Shown here one piece after another: positions 22,274 to 35,420 of a stretch of 64,000 bases of DNA. The first letter of the stretch is position 1. Every line of letters starts with the position of its first letter. The notes below the pieces were generated by a model. The model saw only the letters and a list, made by a program, of their open reading frames with translations. It searched no databases and was not told the DNA's origin. The stretch spans positions 186,001 to 250,000 of the forward strand of contig JAWMAR010000424.1 in NCBI GenBank assembly GCA_036785375.1, given 5' to 3'. A program made the position numbers and the translations under genes. This DNA is from Leucoraja ocellata (lineage: Eukaryota).

Positions 22274-25101
22274 GTGAAGTATTACTGATCAGTTTTTCTT
22301 ACCTTCTCCCTCTCTGTTACACTATACTCTGCACTCAGTTTCATTTCTCTTTTTGCACTACCTGTTACACTCATGTTTGGTATGTTTTGTTTAGTTTCGA
22401 GATACAGGACGGAAACATGTCCTTCGGCCCACAGAGAACGCACCGTCCAGCGATCCCGTACATTAACACTATCCTACACACACTGTGGACAATTCTTTAC
22501 ACATACACCAAGCTAATGAACCTATAAACCTGCACATCTTGGAGTGTGGGAGGGAAGCGAAAATCTCGCTGAATACCCACGCAGTCACAGGGAGAATGTA
22601 GTCACACAGAAACCCACGCAGTCACAGTAGTCGCGATGGAACCCGGGTCTCCGGTGCTGCAAGCGCTGTAAGGCAGCAACTCTACCATTGCGCCACCATA
22701 TGATTGTACACACCTAAGTGGTATGATCTTCCTGGATGTCATGCAAAGCAGAGGTTTGGGCTGTATCGGTACACGTTAAACCAATACTAAAACCAATGCC
22801 GTTTTCTTTAAGAGGCATTGGAGGGGAACAAGCAGGAAATGGATGGATATAGAACATATCCAGTTTAAATCGGCATTAATTTAAGATGGCGGGAAGGAAC
22901 TGCAGATGCTGGTTAACACCAAAGAGACGCAAAATGCTGGAGTAACTCAGCGGGTCAGACAGCATCTCTGGAGAGAAGGAATAGAATCAATCTAACATAG
23001 CGGGAAGGGGTGATCTTATAAAGGTGTACAAAATCACGAGAGGAATGGATCAGGTAAATGCACAGAGTCTCTTGCCCGGAGGAGAGGAACCATTTAGTTT
23101 TAAGGTGAGGAGGGAAAGATTTAATAGGAACCTGAGCAGTAACTTTTTCATACAAAGGGTGGTGGGTGTATGGAACAAGCTGCCGGGGGAGGTAGTTGAA
23201 GCAGGTACTATTGCGACATTTAAGAAACATTTAGACATGTACATGGATAGGACAGGTTTAGAGGGAAATGGGCTAAACGCAGGCAGGTGGGACTAGTGTT
23301 GCTGGGACATATTTGCCGATGTGGGCAAGTTGGGCTGAAGGGCCTGTTTCCACACTGTATCACTCTATGACTCCATCAAGATTGGCACAGACATTGTGGG
23401 CCAAAGGGCCTGTTCCTGCATTGTCTATCATAGTTATACTTCCATACAGCACAAAAACAGGCCCGTCGGCCTGACTCATGCACACCGACCTAGATGTCCC
23501 ATCCACACTAGTCCCACCTGCCCGCGTTTGGCCCATATTCCTCTAAACCTTTTCCCATCCATGTAACTGTACACATGTCTTTTAAATTTTGTTTTGTAGT
23601 ACCCGCTTCTTCTACCTCCTCTGGCAGTTTGTTCCATGCACCCACCATTCTGTGTGAAAAAGTTGCTTCTCAAATTTCTATTAAATCTTACCCCTCTCAC
23701 TTAAACCTCTGTTCCCTGGTTATTGAAGATAGACACAAAATGCAGGAGTAACGCAACGAGACAGGCAGCATCTCTGGAGAGATGGAATGGGTGACGTTTC
23801 AGGGCAAGACCCTTCTTCAGACTGATGTCAGGGGAGAGGGAGATACATTGATAAGGAAATTTAAGGTTTGAAAATAGGACAAATGGAATGTAGATCAAGG
23901 ACAATGTAGAATAGATCATTGTTCGCTTGTAGAAGGTAACAACAAAGCAAACAGAGAATAAAATGTAGTCGTAGATGTAAGACTGGTCCGAGAACTGGGA
24001 AGGGAGTTGGATGGAGAGAGAGGGAAAGCAAGGGCTACTTGAAGTTAGAGAAGTCAATGTTCATACCGCTGGGGTGTAAGCTGCCCAAGCGAAATATGAG
24101 GTACTGTTTCTGCAATATGCGTTGGGCCTCACTCTGATAATGGAGGCGGCCCAGGACAGAAAGGTCAGTGTGGGAATGGGAGTGGGAGATAAAGTGATTC
24201 CCCTACTCTGGGTAAAAGACACTGTGCATTCATCCTATCTATTCCCCTCAGGATCTAATACACCTTTGTAAGATCACCACTCATCGTCCTGTTCCAGCCT
24301 GCCCAACCTCTCCCTGTAGTTCAGGCCCTGCAGTCTAGGTTCGATATTTGGTTAAGGGTTGCATGGAAACATAGAAACTAGGTGCAGGAGGAGGCCATTC
24401 GGCCCATCGAGCCAGCACCGCCATTCATTGTGATCATGGCTGATCGTCCCCTATCAATAACCCGTGCCTGCCTTCTCCCCATATTCCTTGACTCCACTAG
24501 CCCTTAGAGCTCTATCTAACTCTCTCTTGAATCCATCCAATGACTTGGCCCCCACCGCCCTCCATAGTGGTGAAATAATGGTGCACTGGAGATCCTGGCT
24601 TGGATCCTGACTTCAAGATATGACAGTTTAAGAGGCTTTTGGAGGGCACATGGATATGCAGGGAATGGAGGGATCACGTGCTGGCAGAGGAGATTAGTTT
24701 AATTTGGCATCATATTCGTCACAGACACTGTGGCTGAAGGGTCTGTTCCCATGCTGTACTGTTTTATGCTCTATGTTTAATTGCTGACTGTGTGGAGTTT
24801 GCATGTTCTCCTTGTGACTGTGTGGCCTGGTTAATTGGCAACTACAAATTACCCCTCAGTGTAGGTGGGTGGCAGGAATACAGGGAGGGAGATGATGTAT
24901 GGATTGATTAATAGATTATAAGGGAGGGGGGAATACTGAGGCAGCATCCTTCCATACTGATAGCTTTCCTCTGTGCTAGCTGCCATAGACTCATGGGTTG
25001 AATGGCCTTCTACATATTGATTGATTGAAAACTGCAGCCCTTTCTCTTCTCTCCGTCTCTTGGAGCGGCACCCGGTCCAACCGAGCCCCAGGCTGTTGCA
25101 T

Positions 25102-26450
25102 GTTCATGTTCCCGTGTTCCCAGTACATTCCCGTGATCCCAGTCCGTGTTCCCATGTTCCCAGTCCATGTTCCCGTATTCCCAGTACGTTCCCGTGATCC
25201 CAGTCCATGTTCCCGTGATCCCAGTTCATGTTCCCGTGATCCCAGTCCATGTTCCCATGTTCCCAGTTCATGTTCCCATGATCCCAGTACGTGTTCCCGT
25301 GATCCCAGTCCATGTTCCCGTGATCCCAGTTCATGTTCCCGTGATCCCAGTCCATGTTCCCGTGTTCCCAGTCCATGTTTCCATGATCCCAGTCCATGTT
25401 CCCGTGTTCCCAGTCCATGTTCCCATGTTCCCAGTCCATGTTCCTGTGTTCCCAGTCCATGTTCCTGTGTTCCCAGTCCATGTTCCCGTGATCCCAGTCC
25501 ATGTTCCCATGATCCCAGTCCATGTTTCCATGTTCCCAGTATGTGTTCCCATGATCCCAGTCCATGTTCCCGTGTTCCCAGTCCATGTTCCCATGATCCC
25601 AGTTCATGTTCCCGTGATCCCAGTCCATGTTTCCGTGTTCCCAGTATGTGTTCCCATGATCCCAGTCCATGTTCCCGTGATCCCAGTCTGTGTTCCCGTG
25701 GTCCCAGTCCATGTTTCCATGTTCCCAGTATGTGTTCCCATGATCCCAGTCCATGTTCCCGTGTTCCCAGTCCATGTTCCCATGATCCCAGTTCATGTTC
25801 CCGTGATCCCAGTCCATGTTTCCGTGTTCCCAGTATGTGTTCCCATGATCCCAGTCCATGTTCCCGTGATCCCAGTCTGTGTTCCCGTGGTCCCAGTCCA
25901 TGTTTCCATGATCCCAGTCCATGTTCCCGTGTTCCCAGTCCATGTTCCCATGTTCCCAGTCCATGTTCCCGTGATCCCAGTCCATGTTCCCATGATCCCA
26001 GTCCATGTTCCCGTGTTCCCAGTCCATGTTCCCGTGATCCCAGTCCATGTTCCCATGATCCCAGTCCATGTTCCCGTGATCCCAGTCCATGTTCCCATGA
26101 TCCCAATCCATGTTCCCGTGTTCCCAGTCCTTGTTCCCGTGATCCCAGTTCATGTTTCCATGATCCCAGTCCATGTTCCTGTGTTCCCAGTCTGTGTTCC
26201 CGTGATCCCAGTCCATGTTCCTGTGTTTCCAGTCTATGTTCCCGTGATCCCAGTCCATGTTCCCGTGATCCCAGTCCATGTTCCTGTGTTCCCAGTCTGT
26301 GTTCCCGTGATCCCAGTCCATGTTCCTGTGTTCCCAGTCTGTGTTCCCGTGATCCCAGTCCATGTTCCTGTGTTCCCAGTCTATGTTCCCGTGATCCCAG
26401 TCCATGTTCCCCTGTTCCCGGGCTGTGGCATGGGTTCCCGTGTTCCCAGT
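25102..26450. repeat. 21-bp minisatellite (CCCAGTCCATGTTCCCGTGAT)n, roughly 60 units
   Basis: Direct inspection. The 7-aa periodicity in several frames explains the 430-510 aa ORFs. Confidence 0.97.
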
Positions 26451-26713
26451 CCGTTATAAGTGAGGGGGGAATATTATGGCAGCATCCCCCCATACTGACA
26501 ACTTTCCTCTGTGCTAGCTGCCTCTGCGCTAGCTCATGGGCTGAATGGCCTTCTGCATATTGATTGATTGAAAGCTGCAGCCCTTTGCCCCATCGATTCC
26601 ACGCAGCCCATCGATCACCCGTTCACAGTAGCTCTATGTCATCCAACTTTGTCATTCACTTCCTGCACACCAGGGGCCAATTAACCTACAAGCAATAAGT
26701 ATTTGCACGACAA

Positions 26714-27207
26714 GAGAGAGTACAGAGGAGATTTACTAGAATGTTGCCTGGGTTTCAACAACTAAGTTACAGAGAAAGGTTGAATAAGTTAGGTCTTTAT
26801 TCTCTGGAGCGCGGAAGGTTAAGGGGGGACTTGATAGAGGTCTTTAAAATGATGAGAGGGATAGACAAAGTGGATGTGGATCAGCTTTTCCCTTTGAGAA
26901 TAGTGAAGATTCAAACAAGAGGACATGACTTCAGAATTAAGGGACAGAAGTTTAGGGGTAACATGAGGGGGAACTTCTTTACTCAGAGAGTGGCAGCGGT
27001 GTGGAATGAGCTTCCAGTGGAAGTGGTGGAGGCAGGTTCGTTGGTATCATTTAAAAATAAATTGGATAGGCATATGGATGAGAAGGGAATGGAGGGTTAT
27101 GGTATGAGTGCAGGCAGGTGGGACTAAGGGAAAAAAAGTTGTTCGGCACGGACTTGTAGGACTGTTTCCGTGCTGTAATTGTTATATGGTTATATGGTTA
27201 TATGGTT
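26714..27207 (+). mobile_element. CR1 3' fragment with (TATGGTTA)n tail
   Basis: RMLPGFQQLSYRERL..RVAAVWNELP, tail at 27180-27207. Confidence 0.88.
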
Positions 27208-27298
27208 AAAGTACAAAATGAATTAAAGGTTGTACAGTCTATTTGTACATTTCTTATCAAAGTCCACTCTTTACTGATTGGCAAAGTTACAAATCAAG

Positions 27299-29605
27299 TG
27301 TAACATGATCTGTAATAAATGTCAGGACTTTACATTCAGATTCTGCAGTAACAATGGTAATGATAATAATGGTACTTTGGCGGTCTCAAGAACGACAACT
27401 GAGTTTACAAACAAATTTTTATTCAGAAAATCACTTCTCAGTTTACAGGCTCTCACGACACGTCTGGCCACAACGGTGGTCAGCACTGAACTAACGCGCG
27501 AAAGCAAAACCGCGCGAAAACAAGCAGCCCCTCCCGAGTCACGTGACCGCGGCTTCTGAACGCTGGGTTCGATACCTGCGTGTGCCAGTAGGCGCCGCTA
27601 CATGCCCCCCATCCCCGCTACGTACGGAAACGCACGGGTAACCGGACGGTCAGACGTGTAGTCCAAGGTCGCGGGGTGAGCGTAACATTCAGGTCTAGCA
27701 AAACAGAACCGGAGGGACGCGACAAACGCGAACGAGGAACGGGCATAACAGAGGGGACCGGTGAAACATAACTGGGGATAACAGGTGCAGAGGACGGCAA
27801 AACCGCCGGCGGATGCCCTCTACGCCGCGGAGTGGCCACAGCCACCGGGCTATCCTCATCGACGTAGGCTGGCTTAAGGCGGCTCACGGAGACAAACTTC
27901 TCCCTGCCACTCATGTCCAACGTGAACGTCGAGGTACCAGTCCTCAGCACCCTGTATGGACCTTCGTACACCCGCTGTAACGGCGAGCGGTGAACATCCC
28001 TACGAAGGAAAACATAAGCACAATCCCGTAATATAGTAGGCACATGCACCGCGGAAGACCCGCGCTCGCGAATGCCAGCTAGTACCACTGAAGCCGGGAC
28101 CTCCTGATCCCGGGGGACGGGCAGAAAATCCCCAGGTACCCGCAAAACTGAGCTGTAAACAAGCTCGGTCGAGGAGGCATTGAGCTCTTCCTTAGGCATA
28201 GTTCTGATGCCCAGGAGACCCCAAGGCAACTGGTCGACCCAATCGGGGCCGGTGAGCCAGGCTTTCAATGCCGACTTGAGGTGCCTGTGAAACTCTCAAC
28301 CAAACCGTTGGACTCCGGGTGATACGCGGTGGTCTGGTGCAGCTTCGCGCCGTACAGCTGCGCCATACCACACCACATGGAGGACGTGAACTGGGCCCCA
28401 CGATCAGTAGTGATATCGGAAAGGGACCCCTGAAACGAGCGATCCAATGCGAGATAATGGCCCGCGCGCAAGCTTCAGCGGAGGTATCCTTTAACGGTAT
28501 TGCCTCCGCCCACCTGCTAAACCTGTCCACGATAGTCAGGGACCCACCAGGTCGACATGGATGTGCAGGAACCTGCCGTCTGGAACTGCGAAATCCTGCA
28601 CGGGCGGGCGCACATGAATCTGTACCTTGGAAGTCTAGCATGGGATGCACGAACGGGCCCATGCTGCGACATGCTTCCATAACCCATGCCAGACAAACTT
28701 GGCCGTGACCAAGGCAGAGGTGACGCGAATGGACGGGTGCGCTAGGCTGTGGATAGTGTTGAAAATCCGACGCCTCCAAGCAACCGGGACAATGGGACGG
28801 GCTTTGCCCGTGGAGACATCGCAAAGGACTCGCACGCTGGTGACGCTGCAGGGCACCTTGGACAACTTAAGGCCTGACTCAGCATTGCGGTAAACCTCCA
28901 TACCAACATCTGCCTGTTGGGCAGCGGCCAGCTCCTCATAATCCACACCTAGACTTAACGCTGAAACTTCGAGTGCTGCCGGACAGGACAGCGCGTCAGC
29001 CACAACGTTCAGCTTCCCCGCCACATGCCGAATATCAGATGTGAATTCGGAAATGTAGGCGAGGTGCCTCTGCTGCCTGGCAGACCAGGGATCGGACACC
29101 TTGGTCAAAGCGAACGTGAGTGGCTTGTGGTCCTTGAATGTGGAGAACGCGCGCCCCTCTAGGAAGTTATCGGAAATGGCGGGTCGCTAGGTAGAGCGTG
29201 AGGAGTTCCCAATCGAAAGCGCTATACTTAACTTCGGGGGCTCGCAGTTGCCTGCTGAAAAATGCCAGTGGCACCCAGCGGCTACCTACTCGTTGTTCGA
29301 GGACGGCACCTACCACGACGTCGGAGGCGTCCATGGTGAGGGCCGTTTGGGCTGATGCTCTAGGGTGTTCTAACATAGTGGCATTGACCAATGCAGTGTC
29401 AGCCCCTCGAACGTCTTCTCCGCCTCCTTGGACCAGACCAGGCCCTTAGGCTTACCGGCCAGACATTGGAACAACGGCTGCATGATGGTGGCTGCTGACG
29501 GGATGAGTCGGTAGTAGAAATTAACCATCCCGATAAACTTCTGCAGGCTCTTGACAGATAGAGGCCTCGGGAAGCGACGGATAGCGTCGACCTTCTCGGG
29601 CAGTG
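27299..29605 (-). mobile_element. Gypsy/Ty3 LTR retrotransposon, 5'-truncated (RT end, RNase H, integrase, PPT, 3' LTR ~27299-27602)
   Basis: PEKVDAI..FIGMVNFY, DAS..GAVLEQ..PLAFFS, IVDRFSRWAEAIPL, TTAYHPESNG and YEGPY motifs. Purine tract GGGGATGGGGGGCA abuts an LTR starting TGTAGC and ending GTTACA. Confidence 0.88.
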
Positions 29606-29800
29606 GGTCAGGCAGCATCTCTGGAGAACATGGACAGGTGACGTTTAGGGTTGAGACCCTTCTTCAGATTGAGAGTCAAGGGAGAGGGAAACTAGAGGTA
29701 TGAAGAGGTACAGAACAGATCAGAGCCAGCACAATGGTCCATATTTGGCTGTGGAGGAGGTGATAACGATGAGATATGAACAGTATAGCAGTGGTCCACA
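29602..29800 (-). mobile_element. Penelope-type terminal repeat fragment with mutated hammerhead core
   Basis: Similar to 21195-21450. Core GAAA changed to UAAA at ~29646. Confidence 0.6.
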
Positions 29801-30129
29801 GAGACAGTTTAGAGTCACCAGTTTGGCACCATTTCCAAGTCCCAGTTGTTGTGAGTGCAGGGTTCTTGACCCGACTATGAAGGCCCGTTGTGCTGACGGT
29901 GTTGCAGGGTTGGCCTGGCCAAGCATAGCCATGGTGTCCTCCGTCACTGCTCCACCGCTATAGGCCGCATCCGGTCCACGCGCTCCGCGTCTTGGAGTGG
30001 CACCCGGTCCAACCGAGCCCTAGGCTGTTGCAGGGCCTCCAGCGGCCCACTCCCCCGTCGAGGCCATTCACTCCCTCCCGCAGCCCACATGCTCACAGGC
30101 CCTCCTATCAGGGTAGGTCATCCGGGCGG

Positions 30130-30603
30130 ATTCCCATGTTCCCGTGTCCCCGGTCCGTGGCGTGGAGTCCCGTGTTCCCGTGTTCCCGGTCCATGTTCCC
30201 AGTCCGTGGTGTAGGCTTCTGTGTTCCAGGCCCATGGTGGGTCCCCATGTTCTCAGTCCATGTTCCCGTGTTCCCATGTACCTGGTCCGTGGCGTGTGTT
30301 CCCATGTTCCCAGTCCGTGCTCCCGTGTTCCCAAGTTTCATGGTCTGTGGTGTGGGTTTACGTGTTCCCGGTCCATGGCATGTGTTCCCATGTTCCCAGT
30401 CCATGCTCACGTGTTCCCATGTTCCTGGTCCGTGGCTTGGGTTCACGTGTTCCCGGTCAATGGCGTATGTTCCCATGTTCCCGGTCCATGACGTGGGTTA
30501 ATGTGTTCCCAGTCCGTGTTCCCGGTCAATGGCGTATGTTCCCATGTTCCCGGTCCATGTCGTGTGTTCACATGTTCCCGGTCCATGATGTGGGTTCCCG
30601 TGT
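30130..30603. repeat. Degenerate tandem repeat related to the 21-bp minisatellite
   Basis: Repeated TGTTCCC(A/G)TGTTCCC(A/G)GTCC(A/G)TG cores with variable spacers, ending ~95 bp before the IgV acceptor. Confidence 0.85.
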
Positions 30604-30697
30604 GGATGTTGACAATGCTTCTCATAATTTTATATACTTTTATCAGGTCATCATTATATACGTCTTTCACAATTTATGTTTTTTATGCTTTTTTTAG

Positions 30698-31030
30698 ATA
30701 CCATTGAGCTGGAGATATTTGCAAGTCCACTGATGGTATTTGTGAATGACAATGTGACTCTGAAATGCGTGGTTACTGGGTCTGGAAACGTTGACTTAAA
30801 AACAATGGCATTCAGATGGACCCTTAATGAGAAAACAGAAGTGTTTTCCTTTCAAGGAGGAACTAAACAGCAAAATCGATCTGGTGCCAATATTTCTGAG
30901 GCTGAATTACTGAAGGGAAACGTTTCAATTCATCTTCCAAAAGTTCAGATCTCTGACGAAGGAATGTACACATGCACTGTGTTTATCTTCCCTGAAAGTG
31001 CCAGTCGCTTTTCAACAATGCACGTGTTAG
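30698..31030 (+). CDS. NCR3LG1: IgV-domain exon of B7-H6 (NCR3 ligand 1)-like protein
   Basis: TTTTTTAG acceptor, G|GTAAGA donor, 333 nt. NDNVTLKC..MAFRW..VFSF..RSGA..KGNVSIHLP..DEGMYTCTVFIFP parallels human B7-H6 NDNVTIFC..MGITW..VFEF..RPGA..SGDASLRLP..EAGEYRCEVVVTP (recalled, not aligned). Confidence 0.85.
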
Positions 31031-32195
31031 GTAAGATTAACGATAACATTCAGGAATATAATTCCAAGGAAATTTAAACTTTAGAAGTTTGAAACAAGGA
31101 TGAACAGGGATTTAGATTCTTAGACCACTGGGATCTGCTTTGGGGTAAGGGTGAATTGTACAAAAGGGGCGGGTTGCACCTTAACAGGCGGGTAACCAGA
31201 ATTCTGGCAGACAAGCGGGGGGGGGTGGGGGGGGGAAGACAAATTGGAAATACAAGGATGGAGTTAAAGGGAGAGCACAGGAAAAGTTAAGAAATACACC
31301 AGAATTAACGGGGCAGGAAGCTCACAAAGGGATAGGAGAGTATGGCCAACTGAAATAGGAATCAATGTGAAAGGTGAGGAGAGTAATTGATTAAAAGTAT
31401 TATATATGAAGTATAAGAAGTAAAGTGGACGAGCTTGAGGCTCAGTTAGAGATTGGTAGATATGGCATTGTGGGGATTACAGAGACATGGCTGCAGGAGG
31501 ATAGGGCCTGGGAACCGAATATTCACGGTCATACGTCCTATAGAAAGGACAGGCAGGTGGGCAGAAGAGGTCTGGTAGCTCTGCTGGTGAGGGATGAAAT
31601 TCAGTCCCTTGCGAGGGGTGACATAGGGACTGACGATGTAGAGTTGCTGTGGATAGAATTGAGGAATTGTAAAGATGAGAAGACATTAATGGGAGTTATC
31701 TACAGGCCCCCAAACAGTAGCCTGGATATAGGGTGCAAGTTGCAGCAGGAGATGAAATTGGCATGTAACAAAGGTAATGCCACTGTGGTTATATGAGATT
31801 TCAATATGCAGGTAGACTGGGAAAATCAGGTTGGTTCTGGACCCAAAAAAGGGAGTTTGTGGAGTGCCTCCGATATGGATTCTTAGAGCAGCTTGCACTG
31901 GAATCAACCAGAGAGAAGGCAATTCTGGATTTAGTGTTATCTAATGAAACAGATAAGGGAAATCAAGGTTAAGGAATCGCTAGGAGATAGTGACCATAAT
32001 ATGATGTTTTAATTTGCAATTTGAGAGGGAGAAGGTTGAATCAGAAATGTCAGTGTTGCAGTTGAACAAAGGGGACTATGAAGGCATAAGAGAGGAGCTG
32101 GCTAAGGTAGACTGGAGAAGGATCCTATCAGAAATGACGGTGGAACAGCAATAGCAGGAATTTCTGGGCATAATCCAGAAGATGCAGGATCATTT

Positions 32196-32807
32196 TGAAA
32201 AAGCTACTTATCTTAACTACTAAACCAGGTTCGCTTCTTAATAAACAGACACCACACAAACTGTTTGGTAGACCAGTTCAAAACTTTACTTAACATCGGC
32301 CGATGGAAGGGAGGGAGAACTCCAGTCAAGTGACCAACACAGACACTTGACTGTCCTCAGTCACCTTCCCTGAACAACAGAATTACATTGCTTTAAATAG
32401 GTTTTTTGTCCCCTTATCACATTCCACAGACATTAGTCATGGTCAGAAGTACTGGAAAAGGTTTCCACAGAATGCATCACATCCAACCTTTTTTTTACAT
32501 GGTACAAGATATACTAAAAACATTGTATATCTTCTTTGTCACTTGGTCCCTCATAAACATAGACCATCTGTTTACAAAGATGTGACTGGCTATTCCTCTT
32601 CTTCCTTTATTGCCTCCTCCCCATAAACATTGGTCATTTGATCTCTACTTCAAAGATATCTCTAGCTCCTTCACTTGGGAGACAATGTTATCTCACACAC
32701 CCCGCAACCTGAGGAAAGCCTAATTTGACACTAAATATAAGCTGTAAGCTAGCCCAGAAACCAATTTAATATCTTCTTATATTTTTAACTAAAACTCGGC
32801 TTCATCA
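32196..32807 (-). repeat. ERV 3' LTR
   Basis: Direct repeat of 37885-38496. One mismatch seen by eye (~32742). Minus-strand TATTTAAA and AGTAAA signals. Confidence 0.95.
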
Positions 32808-34679
32808 TTCCATCCTTTTATCAAAAATTTGATAACAACTACAGTCCTTCCTGAGTACATACGAAAGACCATAAGCATCTCATCAGACAAATTGATAGTA
32901 CACTAGTAGCACAATCAATTCATAGTGGACAATCGTTTCACAAGTCCCTCCAAACATTTTAAATGGCCACCAACCTCCCCCGGACGTGACACTAAGATAC
33001 TACCATAGGACAGGAAAAGGATCATAAAAATTGCTCAGCCTTTATTCGGCTTCATTTGGAATTCCCTGTGTGCTGGTGTAACTGGTTCATGCTTCTCTTG
33101 TGTGGCACTGCATTTGCAACATAACAATGCCCTGTCACAAATATACTGTTTCCTTAAAATACACCAGTGCCTTGGTTGTGGCAAAAACAGGTAAGATTTA
33201 ACTGGCCTTTGCAGACCTCTTACTGTCTGTAGTCAGGGTATCTTTGCTGCGCTTGTCATGTTTGACTTCAATCTTGTTTAAAAGGAGGTGTGTACCATCC
33301 TTTAAATGTGTGTTAGTCCGCAAGTTTGCCATTCTGAAGAAAGTTCAGTCCATGTGGGCTGGGCCACCCCAGAATAAAGGAACATCAATAGCCCATCGTC
33401 CTTGTTTCCACAAACTGTTCACAGTCAATCAAATGTATCCAGCGACGATGTTCTTACATCTTTACAGCAGTTCATGTTGTTAGCAACACTTGGTTGTTCT
33501 TTTCAATACAGTTTCAATTTCTTCTTGTCCCAGCACCCCCATCGTATAGTTTTTATGGCTCCCAGCAAAGCTCCTCCAACCTGGGAATGTAGATCTGGCA
33601 AGACATGGGTTAATTGCCGACCATACATAATTAGTTAATTGCCCAGGGCCTGTTGGTGGCTTCCCCCCACTCTCCAGGGGGTGGAAACGGCAGCTTTTCC
33701 TGCATCAATAAAAAGTTGTGAATCTTGTTCACCAGCTGAGTTTCTCCAGCACTTTTGTCTACCTTTGATCCTTCATGTTCCTTCCTAACACTTCCTTGTG
33801 AATTTATTCTTTAATCCGATTATACCCGAAGAGGCTCTCCCCACCTAAATATTCAATTCTCCAAATATGTTCTCTTCCCCAATCTACTTTATCTTCTCAC
33901 CTTTCATCCCTCATTGTGAGTTCCCCAAACCTCCTTTTTTAAGTCATAAAACAATTTTTTCATCTACCTTCATTTCTCTCACACAGCACATGCTACAGCA
34001 ACATCATTTTGTTTGCTTGAAAACAGTAATCTTGCTTCATTTACATTTTAAAAGACAACCTCTGTTATCATATCAAAACAATCTTTTCCAAAACAACTCA
34101 TTCAGAATCAGTAATCAATAATACATTTACTTTTCTCTGTAATTTTGACATTTCCAATCTCATTTAACACTTTAATCGGGATGAGTCTTTTTTAAACTTG
34201 GTTCAAAAGATTTATAATCCACCAACACATTTTATCCATTGAGTATAGCTCCGCCCCCCATTCATGCCTGTTTCTTAACTTTAAAGGACAAACTTCTTAA
34301 AGCGACACACAACTTTGCACATTGCTTCGAATTTCACACATTCCACATTCAAAAAACATTGCTTTACAAGCAGTACATATACAAAAACATTGTTTTACCA
34401 GCAGTATATACTATTTCATTTTCAAAGACATCTCTTTGTAATTTACTTTCCCTTTTTCTGACAATACTTCTGTTTACTAAAATCCTGGTTACCTAACCCT
34501 AATTGGACATTGATCCAGATCATGATTAGTCAGACTCCCCTTGACTTTTCAGTCTCCCTATCCTATCCTCATTTCTCCATTGAATTTTCCTTCATCCCCA
34601 ATTTTTTATAACATAGTTGCTTGTCAGAAAAAGGATTTACCTCCTGGGTAATTTTGTTTTGCACTCCCCATTGACTCTT

Positions 34680-35420
34680 TCCACCATCCCAGATACCTGT
34701 GGGTGGTGTACACAGTGAATTGCTGTCAGATATAAAAATGTGCACATTTTTCCTTATTATTGGTGGTTGGTAGAGCTTCACTCCACCTACTAAATAAATC
34801 TAAAATCACTACGCAATATTTATAACACTGGGCCCTTGGCATCTCAATAAAATCAATCTGTATGCATTCAAACGATCGTGATGGCATTGGCGTCACCCCT
34901 AAGGGTATCTTAAAATGGTTTGCCTGGATTATTTCATTGGCAAATTTTACATTCAGAGGCCTGCTTCAGTGCCTCTTATCAAATTTTCGGGTGCCACCAC
35001 ATTTCCTTTGTTATCCTATCATTCCCTCCTTACCAGCATGGGTAAGACGGGTAAAAATGTATCGTTATACACCAACTTGTCCAAGCGGGGTGTGCTGAAT
35101 CAATGGCACAGCCCTCTTGTTTCCATAGTTATTATTATATACAAGAGGCGTCCCTCTGTAATGTACATACCTCCCTCATGTTTGGCAGGACCGTTCTATT
35201 TGCTAGTATCTGTTTACCAGATGTCACCACGCATTTGGATGTACAGGCTGCTTGCTTGGATACACTATCAGCAACCCATTGCCTTTTGCTATAGGGTCCC
35301 CAGCACCAGTGTGTGCAGTACATTTAATAATGACCAGCTGTTCTGGTAGCATCAATGCCTTAAACAAATTACGCACAGAAAGGCATTCCCGTGCTCCCAA
35401 TCCTGGAGAGCTTTGTAAGG
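34680..35420 (-). pseudogene. ERV pol remnant (RNase H C-terminus and integrase), with stops, frameshifts and deletions
   Basis: Manual minus-strand translation: LPEQLVIIKCTAHTGAGDPIAKGN, HAGKEGM..WWHP..ECKICQ*NNPG, FECIQIDFIEMPRAQCYKYCVVILDLFSRWSEALP. Confidence 0.85.

Larger units (their letters stand above)
14981..24140 (+). repeat. Tandem duplication (~2.5-kb unit) containing promoter and leader exon; copy 1 14981-21606 (with CR1 insert), copy 2 21613-24140
   Basis: 14981-16209 plus 20315-21606 aligns by eye with 21613-24140 with scattered substitutions and small indels. Confidence 0.92.

Noticed and set aside
25102-26450. CRISPR-like array
   Set aside because: Contiguous tandem units without unique spacers, eukaryotic context and no cas genes.
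24991-26563. 430-512 aa ORFs such as (MDWDHGN)n and (SREHGLG)n
   Set aside because: Produced by a stop-free 21-bp minisatellite open in several frames on both strands. No splice or promoter support.
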